43,313 nt of DNA from Bdellovibrionales bacterium RIFOXYD12_FULL_39_22 (GTDB taxonomy: Bacteria > Bdellovibrionota > Bacteriovoracia > Bacteriovoracales > Bacteriovoracaceae), in contig MEQL01000038.1 in the NCBI GenBank assembly GCA_001770205.1, positions 62,001-105,313 on the forward strand, given 5' to 3'. Both the position numbers and the translations under genes were made by a program. Numbering within the stretch: position 1 is the first letter of the stretch; each line of letters opens with the position of its first letter. Below are positions 7,421-15,300 of this stretch, piece after piece. The notes under the pieces are model-generated. The model was not told the DNA's origin. It made no database searches and saw nothing but the letters and a program-made list of their open reading frames with translations.

Positions 7421-9076
7421 ATGGTGCGAGCTAGTATATTTCCATTATTATCAATTTTAGTCTTGATTAATAGTTGTGGAAAAACAGATTTTACGACAAA
7501 AATAAACTACACCAGGAGGGCAGTTTCTTTGCCGACTCCCATTCCAACAATCGCGCCAAGCATCACACCAACTCCTACAGATTATATTACTGCGTGGAAT
7601 GAACTTCCTACCGTGGATGGAAGTGGGCCAATTATCTACTCATTGGGAACGGCCGAGCAGTTACTAAGTCTAGCTACTGATGGGTGTTCGAGAACTTCTA
7701 TAGTGGCATGTAACGCCAGTTTTAAATTAAGCGCAGATGTTGATTTTAGTGGCGCTGTCATGCACCCCATAGGTTCTTTTGACGGAAGTTTTGATGGGCA
7801 AAATCATAAAATACAGAATGTGATAATAACGCCGGAGATTGTTGAAGATGGCGGGATTACGCGTTTATATTGGGATGTCTCTAATCTTGGGTCGGGCACT
7901 TTCATTAGCTATGAAATCGTTTATGGAATGATTGATGGAATTTTTGATGGTAGTTGCAGCACCAATCAAGCGTATCCGCTTGTTATAGATGCAACAACTG
8001 TCGGTTGGAATGATGGTGATTGGAGCTCGGGAGTTGTTGAATATACGCTCAATAAAATGAAAGCTCCTCCCTGTTTTTTTCAAATAAAAGCGACAGATAA
8101 TCTTTTTTCAGAGTTTGTTATTTCTGATGGCCAAATATCTGCTAGCTATGATGACCTTAGTGCTGACACGGTAGGACTTTTTTCTGTAATAACTGGAACT
8201 GTTTTAAATTTAGAAATTACTGCAGTGGATGTTTCAGGTGAAAATCAAGTAGGTATATTGGCCGGATCTATTCTGGGAACTTCTGAAAGTGCAAGTGCCA
8301 TAGTTCGCTCAATTACTATAACGGATTCAACGGCCAGGGGACTAGAAGATGTGGGTGGAGTCGGTGGATATGCAGAACACGCTATTTTAGAGGATGTCAC
8401 TACTAGTGTAGATTTATCCGGAACGACTGATGTTGGAGGATTGCTTGGGAATGGGATGTACGTCGCAATTAATGGTTCACAGGCAAGCGGGGATATTGTG
8501 GCATCTACGTATGCGGCCGGAGGATTGCTTGGCGTTAGCATCTTGTCTGTTATTGAAAAAAGTTTTTTCGAGAGTGGGAATGTGTATGGTGGATATGATG
8601 CCGGTGGTTTGGTAGGATGGAATACTTTTTCTAGTATAATCAATTGTTATTCGCGCGGAGATGTTTCTGGAACATTTTCTGTTGGTGGTATAACTGGGGA
8701 TAATTCTTCGCTTGGACAGATAGAAAATTCATATGCGACAGGAAATATATCGGGGCAATACAAGGTTGGTGGGATTAGTGGTGGTGCTTCCGTCACTTCG
8801 ACGATACAAAATACTTTTGCCATCGGAACCGTATCTTGCTCAACCGAATGCGGAGGTCTTTTAGGACAACAGAAGGGTACTCTTACGAACAATTACAGAT
8901 ATTTTAATCATGCGGAGGATAATCCGCTGGCCACCGCATCTTCATTGGACGGTAGCTACAATAGTCAGTTATCAAATTATTATTCCCCGAACACTTCTTT
9001 TGGCATGAGCTGGAGCACCGATGCATGGACTTTTTCTACAGAGACATTTCCACTATTGATACAACCAGTTGATTAA
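7421..9076 (+). CDS. GLUG-motif surface lipoprotein
   Basis: ATG 7421 gives MVRASIFPLLSILVLINS-C (lipobox); P/T-rich spacer; FKLSADVD, FDGSFDGQNHKI and many VGG(L/I)xG...(S/C)Y(A/S)xGxV repeats. Confidence 0.8.
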   Translation: MVRASIFPLLSILVLINSCGKTDFTTKINYTRRAVSLPTPIPTIAPSITPTPTDYITAWNELPTVDGSGPIIYSLGTAEQLLSLATDGCSRTSIVACNASFKLSADVDFSGAVMHPIGSFDGSFDGQNHKIQNVIITPEIVEDGGITRLYWDVSNLGSGTFISYEIVYGMIDGIFDGSCSTNQAYPLVIDATTVGWNDGDWSSGVVEYTLNKMKAPPCFFQIKATDNLFSEFVISDGQISASYDDLSADTVGLFSVITGTVLNLEITAVDVSGENQVGILAGSILGTSESASAIVRSITITDSTARGLEDVGGVGGYAEHAILEDVTTSVDLSGTTDVGGLLGNGMYVAINGSQASGDIVASTYAAGGLLGVSILSVIEKSFFESGNVYGGYDAGGLVGWNTFSSIINCYSRGDVSGTFSVGGITGDNSSLGQIENSYATGNISGQYKVGGISGGASVTSTIQNTFAIGTVSCSTECGGLLGQQKGTLTNNYRYFNHAEDNPLATASSLDGSYNSQLSNYYSPNTSFGMSWSTDAWTFSTETFPLLIQPVD

Positions 9077-9138
9077 TCATAATGTAAAGCTACGTACTAT
9101 TTTGCTGCCTGTTTAGCAATCAGTAACTTGGCCTTTCA

Positions 9139-9177
9139 CTGCCCAGCAAAATGGGCAGGGCAACTGCTTATTTTTTT
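9139..9177 (+). terminator. Probable intrinsic terminator after the GLUG gene
   Basis: CTGCCCA-gcaaaa-TGGGCAG stem (9139-9158), with a T-run at 9171-9177 that is somewhat displaced from the stem. Confidence 0.45.
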
Positions 9178-9187
9178 ATCAAATTTT

Positions 9188-9215
9188 TCAATTAATTCAT
9201 TCAAGCTGTCGATAA
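9188..9215 (+). promoter_or_regulatory. Candidate sigma28 promoter for the giant adhesin
   Basis: TCAA (9188-9191)-N16-GTCGATAA (9208-9215); same -10 octamer as at 6646. Confidence 0.5.
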
Positions 9216-9302
9216 GAGAAGGTGGCCTAAATTTTTTTCAAATGCAAATGTCGTTAAGGGATAAAATGAAGGTCTAGACGACTATTTTCGGGGGATTGTT
9301 CT

Positions 9303-12300
9303 ATGAAGATAACACTATTTTTGATCATGGCCTTAATCTCAGTTGGATGTAAGTACGAGATGAAGATGGTTAATCGCATCAGTGTTGAGTCGATACTGAT
9401 AAGTGGTGTGGGACAATCTCAATTTTCTGTCACAACAAAATTTGAAGGCGATAGCGATCGAAACGCCAAGGCCATTTTGTATTACTGCAATGATACCCTC
9501 GATGATTCCTGTGATCCTGTCACTCATCCTTCTGCTCGCATGTTAACGCTAACCAGAGGAGAGGGTAATTTTAAAGGAAGTGTTTCTGGCCTGCGTGATC
9601 CGTCATTTGCCGCAGGTGATACGGTAAATGCTGCGGTAGTCACTTCGGACCCGGCCTTTGTTGAAAAGGGTGCTGTAATGCGTGCAAGTTTTGTGCTTTT
9701 AAATAAATCCACCAGACTGCAGTTTAGTTTAGTAAATCCCCCGATTAATTCCGTTGCTGGACAAGTTATGCCGATGTTTAAAGTAGAGATTTACGACAAA
9801 GATGGTAATCTGGCAAAAGCGGCCACTAATGAGGTGTCTATTGCTTTTGCTCCCTTGAAAGATCCATCACAAGGAACGGCCAAACTTACTGGTACATTAA
9901 AAGTTAAGGCGGTGGAGGGAGTTGCAACATTTAGTAATGTTTCTATTGATAAAGCGTTCGCAGGATATGCCTTCAGGGCAAGTTCTCCAGATCTGATATA
10001 CGGAGAGAGTGGTTTTTTTAATATTACCGAGGACTCTCTTCATCACTTTGCTGTTTCTGGGTTTCCTGCCGTTATAACTGCCGGAGTCTCATCCTCAATA
10101 GTTGTTACTGCAGTAGACCAAAATAATAACGTGGTTAAGGGATATGCCGGTACCATCAGGTTTCTATCAGATGATACCCAAATAACTTCACCAGCAGACT
10201 TTACTTTTAATCCGCTAGTGGATAATGGGAGTAAAATTTTTTCAAACGTGGCCCTTAAAACCGCCGGCACAAAATATATTAGTGTGGTTGAAATCGTGGG
10301 AGGTATTTCTACTAACAAAACTGGAGCACAGGTTGGAATAATTGTTAATCATGAAAATATTGCACATCACTTTGACGTAATCGGGGTTCCTAATAGTGTA
10401 GAGGCGGGAACATGGCAGAGTGTAACAGTTACTGCTCGTGATCAATATGGAAATAAAATTATAAATTATACGGGAACAATTAAATTTACTTCCAACAATG
10501 CATTGAACACAGTTCCTGGCAATTACACATTTAATCTTTTGGATGGGGGCGATAGAATTTTTGAAAATCAACTGATGTTTAAAGTAGTTTCGGCGGTCTC
10601 CTACATAAGAGCAGAGGTTTTAGGATCACCCACCATTTACGGAGTGCAGGGCGCAATAGTTGTAACACCCGCAGGGCCATCGGCATTAACCTCAACTATT
10701 TCTGGCCCGCTTGGTAATGTCGTTGCCAATGGAGTGAGTAGTGCGGCCATAGAGATAACGCTACTGGATTTTAACAATAATGCGGTGGCCGGGATTACTC
10801 CCACTTTCCATGCTACCGATACGGGAACAACCAACGTTTATAGTGCTTGCTCATTAAGCAATGCTCAAGGCAAATCGTTTTGTACTTTAAAATCTACTAA
10901 GGCGGAATCAAAATCATTGGCCATTGATACGCCAATATCTAAATCTGGAGCGGTGCCAGTTAATTTTGTGGCCGGCCCGGCCAATGCCGCAACCTCTTCT
11001 ATTTCCGGAACAAGTAATATTCAGGCAAATGGTACGGATAAATCGGATATAACCATATTGCTAAAGGATGCCTTCGGTAATCCAACGGCCGGATATCTTC
11101 CAACTTTTAGCGCAACCAATAGCGGGAACACCAATGTTTACACGGTCTGCTCATCCAGCAATGTGCTCGGGGTATCGAATTGTCAACTTTCATCCCAAGT
11201 GGCAGAGGTAAAAACATTAAGCATAACTGCCCCCGTGAGCAAAATTGGAGGAACTGTAACTTTTATCGCAGGAGAACCAGACCCGGCCAATTGTCAAATT
11301 GTTGCCGCTCCTGTTAGCGTGGTTGCCGATGGTGCCTCTGTCGCCACTGTCACTATCACTATCAAAGATGTTAATAATCTTCCTATCAATGGACTTGTTC
11401 CCACTTTTTCTGCAACGGATAGTGGGGCCACTAACGTTTATGGAATTTGCTCAATCACTAATCTTTCGGGAATTTCAACTTGTACTTTGAAGTCAAGAAA
11501 AGCAGAAAACAAAACTCTAAAGATCGAAGGTGGAATTAATAAACTAGGTGGGATGATTCTTTTTATTGCGGGAGCGGTCGATGCTTCACAATCGACCATC
11601 GTTGGAAGTGGGCCAGTGGTGGCCAATTATGTTGATACTTCTACAATTAGCATTTATCTACGTGACCAATTTGCCAATCCAGTTTCCGGAGCGATTCCTA
11701 CTTTTTCTGCAACGGATAGTGGTGCAACCAATTTTTATGCGGCATGTACCTTGTCAACTGCCTTGGGTTTGTCAACGTGTACAATGAAATCAAAAAAAGC
11801 AGAAAATAAACAACTATCAATTTTGACGCCAGTGGAGAAACTTGATGGTGTTGTAACTTTTATTGCTGGAGTTGCTGATGCGGGTAATTCCACGATAGTG
11901 GGAAGTGGGCCAGTAGCTGCCGATGGTGCCTCTACTTCAACCATAACCATTAACCTTGCAGACATCTATGGAAACAAGGTTAGTGGAACTGCACCACTTT
12001 TTTCAGCAACTAATAGTGGCAATAAAAATAGTTATGGAGCGTGCTTGGTAAGTAATGCTGCTGGCATCTCTTCTTGCACCTTGGCATCTTCGTATGCGGA
12101 AATTAAAACGCTATATATTACCGATCCGGTAGTTGTGACTGGTGGCCAGGTGACATTTAGTAATACTTCTCCTGCTTCAACGTATTCAACGATTGTAGGA
12201 TCGGGGCCAGTGGTAGCAAATGGCGTGGCGTATTCGACTATAACTATAACGATTAAAGATGGTAACGATAATCCTGTGGACGGAATTTTACCAAATTTTG

Positions 12301-15300
12301 TGGCCACGGATAGTGCGGCGGCAAATGCATATACTGCCTGCAGTGTTACCAATGCTTCGGGTATATCTAATTGTGAGTTGCGCTCAACCAAGGCCGAAGT
12401 AAAAACACTTTCTATTACTGCACCAATTATAAAAATTGGTGGATCGGTCTCTTTTAATCCGGGCCCAGTGGATGCTGGTAAATCATCTATTGTAGGGACG
12501 GGGCCAATTCTGGCCGATGGCAATGCACAATCTTCTATTACTATCGTGCTTAAAGACGCAAATAATAATCCTATCTCCTCAATCTCGCCAAATTTTTCGG
12601 CCACTAATTCAGGTGGAGGAAACACTTATGTTGCATGCTCTTTAGGAAATCAAAATGGAGAATCATTTTGCGGCCTAAAATCAACATATGCGGAAGTTAA
12701 AACCTTGGCCATAACTTCACCAGTTCCCAAAGCGGATGGAGCTGTTACTTTTATTTCTGCCAGTATATCAGTGGCCAACTCGTTAATTGTGGGAACCACC
12801 AACATATTAGCGGATGGTAATGCTTACTCCGCTATTGCTATTGTTTTGCGTGATAGCAATAGCAATCCAGTTGTTGGAATTACTCCACAATTTAGTGCAA
12901 CAAACACGGATGCTAAAAATGTCTATTCACTCTGTACTGTCACTAGCGCTCAAGGGGAGTCTAGCTGTGAGCTGCGTTCGACTAAGGCAGAAAGCAAGGT
13001 GTTATCTATAACATCACCAATTAGCAAAGTGGGGGGAGGAGTGCTTTTTTTAGCAGGAGCACCGGTTGCTGCTAAATCATCAATTAACGGTACAACAAAT
13101 AAAATTGCCAATGGTACAGATACTTCAGCAATCACCATTACGCTAAAAGATATTAATGAAAATCCAGTTGCGGGAATAACTCCGGCCTTTACGGCCACAA
13201 ATACTGGTGGTGGGAATATAATAGATGCTTGTTCTATCACTAACGCCATGGGAGTTGCAGTTTGTGGATTGAAATCGACGGTAGCGGAAACAAAACAGTT
13301 GGCACTAAGTTTTCCCTTCGAGCTGGCCGGGAATCAGGTGGCCTTTTTATCAGGAACAGTTTCCACAGTCTTGTCATCGATAGTTGCTAGTGGAGGGCCA
13401 GTAGTGGCCGATGGTAATGCTGCCTCTACAATCACCATTATCCTTAAAGATACAAGCAATAATCCAATTGTGGGAACGGTTCCAACCTTTAGTGCCACTG
13501 GTTCCAATAACAGTTACGGTGCATGTACGCCAACGGATGCCAATGGGATTTCTAGTTGTGAATTGAAATCAATAAAAGCAGAAAATAAAACAGTGGCCAT
13601 TACTAGTCCTGCCGCCGTTGCTGGAAATAGTATTTCTTTTATTGCTGGTGCAGCGGCAGGTGCCAATTCTACTATTGTAGGATCTGGCCCCGTAGTGGCA
13701 GATGGTGTGGCGGCCTCGACGATAACTATCTATATACGAGATGCTAATAACAATCCCATTGCGGCAGTGACACCAGTATATAGTGCCAGTGGTCTGGGAA
13801 ATATTGTCGGTGGCTGCAATGCTACTGATGGCACGGGTAAAGCTAATTGTCAGTTAAGATCGACCGTCATTGGAAGCAAAGTGTTGTCGATTACTCACCC
13901 AGTTGCCAAAACGGATGGTTCGGTATTATTCACACAAGGAGCGGTTGTGGCCGCTAACTCTTCTATTTCCGTAAGTGGTGGCTCGGTAGTTGCCAATGGA
14001 GTTGCTCAGGCCACGGCCACTATAGTGCTAAAAGATGCTAGCAACAATCCAGTGGCCGGATTGACTCCAATTTTTTCTGCTAGTGGAAGTAATAATGTCT
14101 ATGTTGGTTGTCCGGCCAGTGATGCTAGTGGTGTTTCTGTTTGTTATTTTAGTTCTACCAAGGCCGAGACAAAAACTGTTCAATTAAATGGGCCGGTTAG
14201 TGTGGCCGGAAATAGTGTAATTTTTCAGGCCGGGGCCGCTGATGTAACCAAGTCTTCAATTGCTAGTCAAGAGGCGATAGTTTTAGCAGATGGAGCAAGT
14301 ATAGCGCATATTAAAATTACAATCAAAGATGCAAATAGCAATCCTTTGGTGGGCGTTACTCCTAGTTTTTTGGCCACTGATGGAGGAAGTGATAACGATT
14401 ACGGATTGCTCTGCTCGGCAACTAATGCCTCCGGAGAGTCTGATTGCACTCTGGCCTCGCGCTTTGCAGAAAATAAATTACTATCTATTACTGCTCCGGT
14501 TGTTAAGGCCAATGGTGGTAGTGTTCTTTTTATTTCTGGAAATGCTGATGTGGCCAAATCATCTATCGTGAGTGTAGAGCCTAGTGTGACAGCGGATGGA
14601 ATTGCTGCTGCGACTATTCAGATAATATTAAAGGATGCAAACGATAATGCGCTTGTTGGAGTGCAACCACAATTTGAGGCCACTAATACTGGCAACTATA
14701 ATGTAAAAACTGCTTGTTCTCTAACAAACAGTTTAGGCCTGTCGACCTGCACGCTGACATCGTTATATGCCGAGGTAAAAGTACTAAGCGTTACTACTCC
14801 AATTTTTTTCAATGGTGGAAGTGTAACTTTTGAATCAGCAGGAGCAGTGGCCGCTAATTCCTCTATCGTTGGTTCTCTCTCTGGATTAGTGGTTGCGGAT
14901 AATGTTCAAACCTCAACAGTAACGATAACGTTAAAAGATATTGTAGGATCGGCAGTGGCCGGTGTTGTTCCTCAAATTACGGTCACTGGAATTGATAATA
15001 CCGTAGAAAATTGCAGTGGGGCAACAAACGCTAGCGGAGTGGCAACTTGCTTGTTGCGCTCAACCAAGGCAGAGACCAAAACATTAAAGATTACGTGGCC
15101 GGTTAGTAAAACTGGTGGAAGCGTGATATTTATTGCGGGGGCCGCCAGTGTTGCCAAATCTTCTATCAGCGGTTCTACTCCAGTTGCGGCCGATGGTATT
15201 GCCACGTCTCAAGTTATTGTTGTGCTAAAAGATCAATTTGAAAATCCTATTAAATTTTATGATCGCCCAACTTTTCATGCAACAGACGGTGGCGCAGATA

